From positions 3,328,001-3,392,000 of the forward strand of contig OZ245817.1 of assembly GCA_965228475.1 (NCBI GenBank): a DNA stretch of 64,000 bases, read 5' to 3'. Shown one piece after another: positions 56,227 through 64,000 of the stretch. This DNA comes from Myxococcota bacterium. Its GTDB lineage: Bacteria > Myxococcota_A > UBA9160 > JAFDDA01. Position numbers and translations under genes: made by a program. The notes under the pieces are model-generated. The model ran no database searches. It was given only the letters and a program-made list of their open reading frames with translations, and was not told the DNA's origin. Position 1 is the first letter of the stretch. Every line of letters begins with the position of its first letter.

Positions 56227-58170
56227 GTGACGGCCGGCCCGAACGCCGCGGCCGAACGCCGCGAGGCCCTCCAGCGCCTGGGCGAGGGGAGCAGCCAGGA
56301 CCGGCTGGGCTTCCGGCTCGTGCTCCAGATCTTCGCGCGCTGCCTCACCCTGCTGCGCGGCGTGCGCCGCCACGTCGTGGCCCTCGTGCTCGGCTGGACG
56401 ATCTTCCTGACCGTCGCGATCGCACCGGGCCTCGTGCTCTCGGACCTCTTCCTCACCCGCGTCCTGCTCGGAGAACCGCTGACGGAGCTCCAGGCGACCC
56501 TGGTGCGCATGGACCCGGCGGAGACCGTCGAGGTCGAGGCGCTCACCCAGGAGCAGCGCCGCACCGTCGCGCGGCGCGGGCTGCTCGTCGTCCCGATGGC
56601 GCTGCCGCTCGTCCTCGCCGTGCTCGGCCTCTCCTACTACTACATCTGGATCCTGCAGCGCGTGAACCAGGTGCTGCGGCTCGAAATGCTCGCACGGCTG
56701 CAGACGCTCTCGCTCCGCTTCCACTCCGGGACGCGCGTCGGCGATGCCATCTACCGCGTCTATCAGGACAGCGCGATGGCGACGCAGCTCATCGAGGTGA
56801 TGATCCTCGTCCCCCTGCGCGGCCTCGCCTTCTTCGCGATCGGGTGCGTCGCGGTGGCGATGCTGGCGCCCAAGTTCGGCTGGCTCCTGCTGGCCGTCGT
56901 CCCGCTCCAGCTTCTCGTGGGCGCGCTGTTCTCGAAGCCCCTCCGGGTCCGCTTCCGCAGCGCCCGCGAGGCGAACAGCCGGCTCACCTCACGCATCCAG
57001 GAGACCGTCTCGGGCATCCGCGTGCTCAAGGCCTTCGGCGCCGAGCGGCGCGAGCAGGAGCGGTTCGAGGAAGCGTCGACGGAAGCCTTCCAGGCCGCCT
57101 ATCGCGCGCGCAGCGTCCTCGCGATCTACGGCGTGCTCCTGTTCCTGACGCTCGGCTTCGTCGCCATCAGCGGCATCGCCCTCGCCGCCGTCGAGACGGC
57201 CAGGGGCTCGGGTCTACGCGCCGAGTGGATCGCCGTCTACCTCGGCATCAATGTCTGGACGCTCGGCGTGTACCAGTTCTTCAAGGATCGCTTCAGCTCC
57301 GGCGGCCGGGGCTTCCGCATGCTGCTTCGCATGTGGGGCAAGGGCCAGGACATCGCCGTCGGCCTCGACCGCGTGTTCGAGCTGCTCGACCTCGAGCCCG
57401 AGGTCGAGGACGCCCCTCATGCAAAGCCCCTCGCGCCGCTTCGCCAGGGCGTCCGCTTCCGCGACGTCTCCTTCCGGTACCAGCCGGACCGTCCGTGCCT
57501 CGAATCCGTCGATCTCGAAGCGGGCACGGGCACCATCACCGCGCTCGTCGGCCCGACGGGCTCGGGCAAGAGCACGCTCGTCACCCTCCTGCTTCGGCTC
57601 TTCGACCCGGACGGCGGCCGCATCGAGATCGACGGCGTCGACCTGAAGGACGTCCAGCTCGAGAGCCTGCGCGAGAACGTCTCGATCGCCCTGCAGGAGA
57701 ACCTGCTCTTCGGAACGACCATCCGCGAGAACATCCGCTTCGCGGTGCCCGACGCCAGCGACGAGGCCGTGCGCGCGGCGGCGCGGGTCGCCTGCGCGGA
57801 CGAGTTCATCGAACGTCTGCCCGAGGGCTACGACACCCTGCTCGGCGAGCGCGGCGCCAAGCTCTCGACGGGGCAGCGCCAGCGCATCTCGATCGCCCGG
57901 GCGATCCTCAAGGACGCGCCGATCCTCGTCCTCGACGAGCCCACCGCCTCCCTCGACGCGGCGACCGAGCTCGAGGTGCTGAAGCGCCTCGCCGCCTGGG
58001 GCGAGGGGCGCGTGATCTTCCTCGTGACCCACCGGCTCAGCACGATCCGCCGGGCCGACCAGATCGTGGTGCTGCGCGACGGCCGGATCGTCGAGCGCGG
58101 AACCCACGACGACCTCCTCCGCGAAGAGGGCAGCTACCGGCGGCACGTCGAGCTCGAGGCCGCATCGTGA
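56227..58170 (+). CDS. ABC exporter half-transporter (TMD+NBD)
   Basis: TM domain; GPTGSGKST, LSTGQRQR, VLDEPT, VTHRL. Confidence 0.93.
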   Translation: MTAGPNAAAERREALQRLGEGSSQDRLGFRLVLQIFARCLTLLRGVRRHVVALVLGWTIFLTVAIAPGLVLSDLFLTRVLLGEPLTELQATLVRMDPAETVEVEALTQEQRRTVARRGLLVVPMALPLVLAVLGLSYYYIWILQRVNQVLRLEMLARLQTLSLRFHSGTRVGDAIYRVYQDSAMATQLIEVMILVPLRGLAFFAIGCVAVAMLAPKFGWLLLAVVPLQLLVGALFSKPLRVRFRSAREANSRLTSRIQETVSGIRVLKAFGAERREQERFEEASTEAFQAAYRARSVLAIYGVLLFLTLGFVAISGIALAAVETARGSGLRAEWIAVYLGINVWTLGVYQFFKDRFSSGGRGFRMLLRMWGKGQDIAVGLDRVFELLDLEPEVEDAPHAKPLAPLRQGVRFRDVSFRYQPDRPCLESVDLEAGTGTITALVGPTGSGKSTLVTLLLRLFDPDGGRIEIDGVDLKDVQLESLRENVSIALQENLLFGTTIRENIRFAVPDASDEAVRAAARVACADEFIERLPEGYDTLLGERGAKLSTGQRQRISIARAILKDAPILVLDEPTASLDAATELEVLKRLAAWGEGRVIFLVTHRLSTIRRADQIVVLRDGRIVERGTHDDLLREEGSYRRHVELEAAS

Positions 58171-60158
58171 GCGAACCGACGGCGACGGCCCGGCCGGGCC
58201 TCCAGGAGAGCACGCAGATCAGCGCCGGGGAGACCGTTCGCCTCTTCCGCGAAGCGATCTCCTGGGTGCGCCCCCTGCGCGGGCGGTTCCTGTTCAAGGC
58301 GCTGGTCGTCGTGATCTCCGTCCTGCCGATGCTCTTCCTGCCCTTCCCGATCAAGATCTTCACGGACCACGTCATCCTGGCGATGCCGATCGCCGGCGCG
58401 CTCGACCAGTACCCGCCGTTCCTGCACGGCATCGTCTCCTGGATGGCCGCGGGGGCGCCCGCCGAGATCGCGATGCGCACCGCGGGGGTCCAGCTCGTCA
58501 CCCTGGTCCTGTTCGGTGCCTTCGGCGTGACCCTTCGCGAGCGCGACACCGCCGACGCGAACGTCGCCCAGGGCCAGGACACGGCGACGCAGACCGAGAA
58601 CGACGCCAACGTCGGCTTCACGCTCGGAGGCGGCCTGCTCGGGCTGCTCGACTACCACTTCACCCTGCGGCTCAGCCAGGACCTGAACCACCTCTACCGA
58701 TCGCGGCTGTTCGAGCGCATCCAGACGCTCCCGATGCGCGCCTTCGACGACGAGCGCATCGGCGACGCGGTCTACCGCGTCATGTACGACACGCCCGCGA
58801 TCACCCAGGTCTGCTACCGGATGATCCTCACGCCGATCGCCGCGCCAATCGGCATCCTCCTCATGGCGTGGATGCTCGCGACGCTCTTCGGGGACGACCC
58901 GTGGATCGTGTGGTCGGCGATGGCCGTGCTGCCGCTCACCCTGCTCGTGACGATCCCGTTCTCGGCGGTCTACCGGAACCGCGGTGAGCGCAGCCGCCTC
59001 GCCGGCTCCGGAACGACCTCGACCCTCGAGGAGGGCGTCCAGAACATCCTCGCCGTCCAGAGCCTCGGCGCCGAAGCGCTGCAGCGGAAGCGCTTCGACG
59101 CGGACTCGGATCGCTCCTTCGCCGAGTACCGCGGCATGGTCCGCGTCGTCATGGGCGCGATCTTCGTCGCCGTCCTGGCCGGTGGCGCGGCGGGCATCGT
59201 CCTCTTCCTGCACATGATCGACGAGGTGATCGCCGGAAACCTCACACCGGGCGACCTGACGCTGCTCACGACCTTCTACACCCAGATGGCGTTCATGGCC
59301 TTCGAGCTCGGCGGAGCGTGGTTCCTCTCCCAGAGCTCCGCCTCGGGCCTCCACCGCGTCTCCTTCCTGATGAAGCTCGCGGGCGAAGAGGATCCGCAGG
59401 GCATGCCGCCCCTCGCACCCCTCCGGGAGGGGCTTCGCTTCGAAGGCGTGGGGTTCCGCTACGGAAACGCGCAGGCGCTCGAGAACGTCGACTTCGAAGC
59501 GCCGCTCGGCTCCTTCACCGCCTTCGTCGGGCCGGCGGGCGCCGGCAAGACGACCCTCGCCTACATGATCCCGCGCTTCCTCGAGCCGGATGCGGGGCGC
59601 ATCCTCGCCGACGGCGTCGACGTGCGCGAAGCCACGCGGGCCTCCCTGCGCGACCAGGTCGCGTTCGTGTTCCAGGAGACCCAGCTCTTCGATGCGACGG
59701 TCGAGGAGAACCTCCGCATCGGCAACCCCGAGGCGAGCGATGCGGAACTGCGACGCGCCGCGCGCGTCGCTGGAGCGGACCGGTTCATCGAAGCGCTCCC
59801 GGAGGGCTACCGGACGCCCCTCGGCCGCGGCGGCGGGCGGCTCTCGACGGGCCAGAAGCAGCGGCTCGCCATCGCGCGCGCGCTCCTGCGCGACGCCCCG
59901 ATCCTGATCCTCGACGAGCCGACCTCGGCCCTCGACCCGGAGACCGAGCACGCGCTCGTCGCCGCGCTGCGCGAAGCCAGCCGGACGAAGCTCGTGATCG
60001 TGATCGCGCACCGGCTGTCTTCGATCCGCGCGGCCGACCAGATCCTCTTCCTGGAAGAGGGCCGCATCCTCGAACGCGGGAGCCACGAAGAGCTCATCGC
60101 GCGCGAGGGCGGCGCCTACCGGCGCTTCGTCGACCTCCAGACCCGCGGCGCGGCCTGA
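58167..60158 (+). CDS. ABC exporter half-transporter (TMD+NBD), likely heterodimer partner
   Basis: GPAGAGKTT, LSTGQKQR, ILDEPT, IAHRL; GTGA overlap with the previous gene. Confidence 0.93.
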   Translation: MSEPTATARPGLQESTQISAGETVRLFREAISWVRPLRGRFLFKALVVVISVLPMLFLPFPIKIFTDHVILAMPIAGALDQYPPFLHGIVSWMAAGAPAEIAMRTAGVQLVTLVLFGAFGVTLRERDTADANVAQGQDTATQTENDANVGFTLGGGLLGLLDYHFTLRLSQDLNHLYRSRLFERIQTLPMRAFDDERIGDAVYRVMYDTPAITQVCYRMILTPIAAPIGILLMAWMLATLFGDDPWIVWSAMAVLPLTLLVTIPFSAVYRNRGERSRLAGSGTTSTLEEGVQNILAVQSLGAEALQRKRFDADSDRSFAEYRGMVRVVMGAIFVAVLAGGAAGIVLFLHMIDEVIAGNLTPGDLTLLTTFYTQMAFMAFELGGAWFLSQSSASGLHRVSFLMKLAGEEDPQGMPPLAPLREGLRFEGVGFRYGNAQALENVDFEAPLGSFTAFVGPAGAGKTTLAYMIPRFLEPDAGRILADGVDVREATRASLRDQVAFVFQETQLFDATVEENLRIGNPEASDAELRRAARVAGADRFIEALPEGYRTPLGRGGGRLSTGQKQRLAIARALLRDAPILILDEPTSALDPETEHALVAALREASRTKLVIVIAHRLSSIRAADQILFLEEGRILERGSHEELIAREGGAYRRFVDLQTRGAA

Positions 60159-60165
60159 TCGAGGG

Positions 60166-60864
60166 CTACTCGATCCGCCGCAGGCGCCAGACGAAGTGCT
60201 GTGCCAAGAGCGTCTCGAGCGGCGGCGGCACGACGTAGCGGACCTTCTTACGCCCACCGGAGGTGAGGCGCGAGAGCCGCGTCAGCAGGGCCTGCTTCCC
60301 GAAGGAGGTGCGCGCCTCGAGCGCGAAGCCGCGTTCGCGCAGGAGCTTCTCGAGCTTCTTCTGGGTGAAGAAGCGGTAGTGGTAGCCCTCCTGCTTCGGC
60401 GGGTGGCCCGTGAGCGTGCGCCAGCGGTAGGTCCAGTGGACGACGTTCGGCGTCGTGAGCACGAGCCAGCCGCCGGGCCGTACGACGCGCGCCATCTCCT
60501 CCACCAGCGCTTCCGCGCGCACGATGTGCTCGATCACCTCGACGAGCGTGATGCCGTCGAGGCTCGCGTCGCGAAAGGGCAGCGGGTGGTTCAGGTCGCC
60601 CGCGACGGCCGGGTGCCCGGCCCTCGCCGCACCGGCGGCGTTGCGTGCGTAGAAGTCGAGGCCGAAGCCGCGGTGGCCGCCCTCCCCCATCCGCTCGAGG
60701 AACTCGCCGACGCCGCAGCCGAGGTCGACCCAGCGCCCGGCGTCCTTCGGCTCGGGGACGAGGCGCGAGGCGTAGGCGTACCACGGGCGGTCGGGCTTTC
60801 GGGCGCGCGTCGCGTCGGAAACGTGGGCGGAGGTCTCGATCGGCGCCCCGGGAGCGTTCGACAT
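60166..60864 (-). CDS. Class I SAM-dependent methyltransferase
   Basis: VDLGCGVG, LPFRDAS, EVIEH, PGGWLVLTTPN. Confidence 0.88.
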   Translation of the reverse strand: MSNAPGAPIETSAHVSDATRARKPDRPWYAYASRLVPEPKDAGRWVDLGCGVGEFLERMGEGGHRGFGLDFYARNAAGAARAGHPAVAGDLNHPLPFRDASLDGITLVEVIEHIVRAEALVEEMARVVRPGGWLVLTTPNVVHWTYRWRTLTGHPPKQEGYHYRFFTQKKLEKLLRERGFALEARTSFGKQALLTRLSRLTSGGRKKVRYVVPPPLETLLAQHFVWRLRRIE

Positions 60865-60905
60865 GGCCTCATGCTAGCAGCCCGCCGCCGGACGCTCTGC
60901 GGCGT

Positions 60906-62195
60906 CTAGATCTCCTCGAGCTCCCGACTGCGGGTCTCGGGGAGGAAGAGCAGGATTCCCGAGACGAGGAGCGTCGCGCAGGCGAGGTAGGGAATGCTCT
61001 GGGCGAGGTCACCCTCGTTCGCGACGAACGGCGCCAGGGCGAACAGGCCGAGGGCGGAGGAGAGCACCTCGACGAGCAGCAGCCAACCCCCGGCCGTCGC
61101 GCGGTGCGCCGTCGGAAAGAGCTCCGTCGAGAACGCCCGGAGGATCATGCGGCCGCCCGAGGAAGTGAAGACGAACCCGACCCAGGCAAAGGGCACGACG
61201 TTCGCGGGCCCCCAGTAGAAGAGCGCCACCCAGGCCGGGAACAGGGCGTAGCAGACGCCTCCGACCCAGCGGCGCCCGAATCGGTCTCCGAGATGTCCGG
61301 CGACGACGTTCCCGACGATGCCGATCGCGCCACCGATGATGAACATGGCCGCGTACTCGCCCTTGGTCCAACCGAGGTACTTGATCGTGTGATAGGCGGT
61401 GAACTGGAAGGCGGCGACGCCCGCGAAACCCTGGATCGCCATCCCCGCGGCGACCGTCGCCAGCCGCCCCGAACTCTCCGCGAGCAGCCGGCGCATGGGC
61501 TCGAACCAACTCTCCGCGACGGCCCCGGAGGCGTCCTGGGCCTCGAAGCGCTCCGTCTCCGGGATCCGTCGGGCGAACACGCCGAGCAGGAGCAGCGGGA
61601 TCACGCCCACCCAATAGAGCGCCCGCCACTCGTAGGGCAGATGGTGCATCTGCGAGAAGAGCAGCGCCTCGATCGCGTAGCCCGTGGCCCCGACGGCCGC
61701 GAGCACCCCCATCCCCCAGCCCCGGCGTTCGGCCGGGAACTCCTCGGCCACGAGCACGTAGGCGACGGAGACGCCCGCCACGAAGGTCACGCGCACGAGC
61801 ATCTGGAAGAAGACGAAGCTCTCCATGCTCCAGGCGAAGCCGGTCGCGACGGTGGCCGCGGCGCTCGCCGCGAGGCTCGCGAGGAACGTCCGGCGGCGGC
61901 CGATCCGATCGCCGTAGACCACGAGCGGGAAGGCCAGGATCGCGCCGACCCGCACGACGCCGAGATAGGTCGGCAGGCTGCTCTCGGGAACTCCGAAGTA
62001 GGTCGCGATGAAGGGCAGGACCGAGGTGATCAGCGCGAGGTCGTACTCCTCGAAGATCAGCGCGGCGGCGACGGCGCCCAGCAGGGAGAGATGCTTGCGC
62101 TCGACGCCGGGCGGGATCTTCCCGAGGAAGGGCGGGATCCACCAGGGATTGGGCAGGGACTCGGGCGGGGCCGGCGTTGTCTGGCTGGCGGCCAA
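60906..62195 (-). CDS. Major facilitator superfamily transporter
   Basis: GDRIGRR and GDRFGRR motif A, EEFPAERRG, ELFPTAHRA, LPET; 12 TM. Confidence 0.92.
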   Translation of the reverse strand: MAASQTTPAPPESLPNPWWIPPFLGKIPPGVERKHLSLLGAVAAALIFEEYDLALITSVLPFIATYFGVPESSLPTYLGVVRVGAILAFPLVVYGDRIGRRRTFLASLAASAAATVATGFAWSMESFVFFQMLVRVTFVAGVSVAYVLVAEEFPAERRGWGMGVLAAVGATGYAIEALLFSQMHHLPYEWRALYWVGVIPLLLLGVFARRIPETERFEAQDASGAVAESWFEPMRRLLAESSGRLATVAAGMAIQGFAGVAAFQFTAYHTIKYLGWTKGEYAAMFIIGGAIGIVGNVVAGHLGDRFGRRWVGGVCYALFPAWVALFYWGPANVVPFAWVGFVFTSSGGRMILRAFSTELFPTAHRATAGGWLLLVEVLSSALGLFALAPFVANEGDLAQSIPYLACATLLVSGILLFLPETRSRELEEI

Positions 62196-63428
62196 CTAGG
62201 CGAGGTCGCCGAAGCGCTGCCGCGTCTCGTCCTCGGAGAGGCCCGCAGCCTCGGCCAGCTTGGCGAGCGACGCCGGATCCGAAAGATCCGTCGCCTCGAT
62301 CCGGGTCTGCAGGGCCCGCGCGTTCGCGTAGGCATCCTCGCCCGTGTCGACCTCGCGGACCTGGGTCCGGCCGGTCGCCTCGTCGACGATCTCGCGGAAC
62401 GGGACCGGCACGATCGTGCCGTTCTGCCGGGTGATCATGGCGTCGCTCGTTCCGGCGAGGAGCGCCCGGACGGCGCCCACGCCGAGGTCGCGCGTGTAGT
62501 CGCGATCGAAGGCCGTCGGCGAGACGCAGCGCAGCTCGTAGCCGACGTCCTTCTCGCCGATCGCGACGGTGATCCCGCGCGAGGCCAGGGCTTCGGCGAC
62601 GGCAGTGCGCAGCACCTTGCCGAGCGGCACCTCGGCCAGCCGCACGTGGCCGTGCTCGTCGCGGGGGACGTCCTTCAGGATCGGATCCTCCGGGTCGAAG
62701 CGCTCGACGACGCCCTCGGCGACCACGGCGACGCCGTCGCGGTGGCCCTGAGCGAGCCGCTTCACGATCGAGCCCTCGAGCACGCGCACGACCTGATCGA
62801 TGCGGATGTGGCCCTCGGGGAACTCCTCGGGGATGACGGTGACGGTCGACCCGCCGGACTTCCCGGCGCCGAGCGCCAGATGCCCTGCGGTCCGCCCCAT
62901 CATGATCACGAAGAACCAGCGCCCGGTGGTCCGGCAGTCTTCGCCGATGGCCTCGACCACGGTCGCGGCGTGCTCGCGCGCGGTCTCGAAGCCGAAGGTC
63001 GGGACGCCCGGGGGCAGCGGCAGGTCGTTGTCGATGGTCTTCGGGACGTGGACCACGCGGATGCGGCCCCCGGCCACCTCGGCGACGCGGCGCGCCGAGA
63101 AGGAGGTGTCGTCGCCGCCGATCGTGATCAGGTGGTCGATGCCGAGCGCATCGAGGGATTCGACGACCCGGGCGAGGTCCGCCTCGTCCTTCGTCGGGTT
63201 GGCGCGCGACGTGTGGAGGATCGAGCCCCCGCGCAGGTGGATCTGGGAGACCTCGCCCGCCGAGAGCTCCCGGACGTGGCTCGTATCGCCGGCCATCAGC
63301 CAGCGGAAGCCATCGAGCAGGCCGATCACGCGGGCGCCGCTCGCCAGGGCGTGCTGCGCGGCCGAGCCGATCACCCCGTTGATTCCGGGGGCCGGCCCGC
63401 CGCCGACGACGATTCCGAACGTGGCCAT
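62196..63428 (-). CDS. pfp: Phosphofructokinase, probably PPi-dependent
   Basis: GGGPAPGINGVI, GGDD (Asp variant), PKTIDND (Lys variant), MGRTAG, GYELR; AAGGAG SD. Confidence 0.88.
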   Translation of the reverse strand: MATFGIVVGGGPAPGINGVIGSAAQHALASGARVIGLLDGFRWLMAGDTSHVRELSAGEVSQIHLRGGSILHTSRANPTKDEADLARVVESLDALGIDHLITIGGDDTSFSARRVAEVAGGRIRVVHVPKTIDNDLPLPPGVPTFGFETAREHAATVVEAIGEDCRTTGRWFFVIMMGRTAGHLALGAGKSGGSTVTVIPEEFPEGHIRIDQVVRVLEGSIVKRLAQGHRDGVAVVAEGVVERFDPEDPILKDVPRDEHGHVRLAEVPLGKVLRTAVAEALASRGITVAIGEKDVGYELRCVSPTAFDRDYTRDLGVGAVRALLAGTSDAMITRQNGTIVPVPFREIVDEATGRTQVREVDTGEDAYANARALQTRIEATDLSDPASLAKLAEAAGLSEDETRQRFGDLA

Positions 63429-63474
63429 GGACACTCCTTCTCTGCGCCGGGCGAGGACTGTACCATGCCCCGTG

Positions 63475-64000
63475 ATGAACGCCGTCGGCCTGATCCCCGC
63501 GCGCTACGCAGCCCAGCGCTTCCCCGGAAAGCCCCTCGCGCCGATCGCCGGCAAGCCGATGCTCCAGCACGTCTACGAGGGCGCACGGCAGGCGAAGCGG
63601 CTGCGCGAGGTGGTCGTGGCCACCGACGACGAGCGGATCGCCGCGGCCTGCAGCGAATTCGGCGCACCCTGTGTGATGACCTCTCCCGACCACCCGACCG
63701 GGACGGACCGCCTGGCCGAAGCGGCCGCCGCCCTCGAAGGCGACGTGATCGTGAACATCCAGGGCGACGAGCCGCTGATCGAGGGCTTCGTGATCGACGC
63801 CGCCGTCGAGGCGCTCGCCGCCGACCCCGGTGCCGTGATGTCGACCCTCGTCCACGAAGCCGAGCCGAGCGCCCTGGCCGACCCGAACCGCGTGAAGGTC
63901 GTCCTCGACCAGCGGGGCCGGGCGCTCTGGTTCTCGCGAGCCTGCATCCCGCTCCTGCGCGAGACGAACGACCCGGCGGCGGAGCCCGTCTGGTGGCAGC
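63475..64000 (+). CDS. kdsB: 3-deoxy-manno-octulosonate cytidylyltransferase (3' truncated by window edge)
   Basis: Read directly from sequence: MNAVGLIPARYAAQRFPGKPL, VVATDD, TGTDR, NIQGDEP, DPNRVKVV, FSRACIP. Confidence 0.93.
   Translation, partial: MNAVGLIPARYAAQRFPGKPLAPIAGKPMLQHVYEGARQAKRLREVVVATDDERIAAACSEFGAPCVMTSPDHPTGTDRLAEAAAALEGDVIVNIQGDEPLIEGFVIDAAVEALAADPGAVMSTLVHEAEPSALADPNRVKVVLDQRGRALWFSRACIPLLRETNDPAAEPVWWQ

Noticed and set aside
56227..60158. LSTGQ instead of LSGGQ in both ABC subunits as a sign of inactivity
   Set aside because: Walker A, Walker B Glu and switch His are intact in both, and this signature variation is common.

Overview
A high-GC bacterial chromosomal segment, most likely from Myxococcota or a related delta-type lineage, judged from a Myxococcus-like mglB-mglA pair next to dnaX-ybaB-recR. 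It has no integrase, transposase, prophage, rRNA or CRISPR array. The first ~33 kb is cell-surface and accessory material. It holds a PEP-CTERM (exosortase substrate) cluster with sigma54-type promoters, two lipid-linked glycosylation clusters (GT2 + methyltransferase + GT-C type, one with a B12 radical SAM), a pectinacetylesterase, a P450, an autotransporter and a sulfatase-fold lipoprotein. The rest is mainly core genes: ffs, dnaX, ybaB, recR, mglBA, priA, def, fmt, rsmB, rpe, tRNA-Pro, greA, tRNA-Asn, trkA, an ABC exporter pair, PPi-PFK and kdsB. The most notable observations are: (1) one ORF (8813-10255) built as two complete PEP-CTERM proteins in tandem, with an internal second signal peptide, a candidate processed surface polyprotein; (2) a large secreted protein just upstream with BPI/LBP (TULIP)-like motifs; (3) pervasive leaderless-gene architecture, plus short start-duplicating or bridging mini-ORFs joined by NTGA overlaps; (4) fmt apparently starting on CTG. 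All calls come from reading motifs by eye; no database searches were run.
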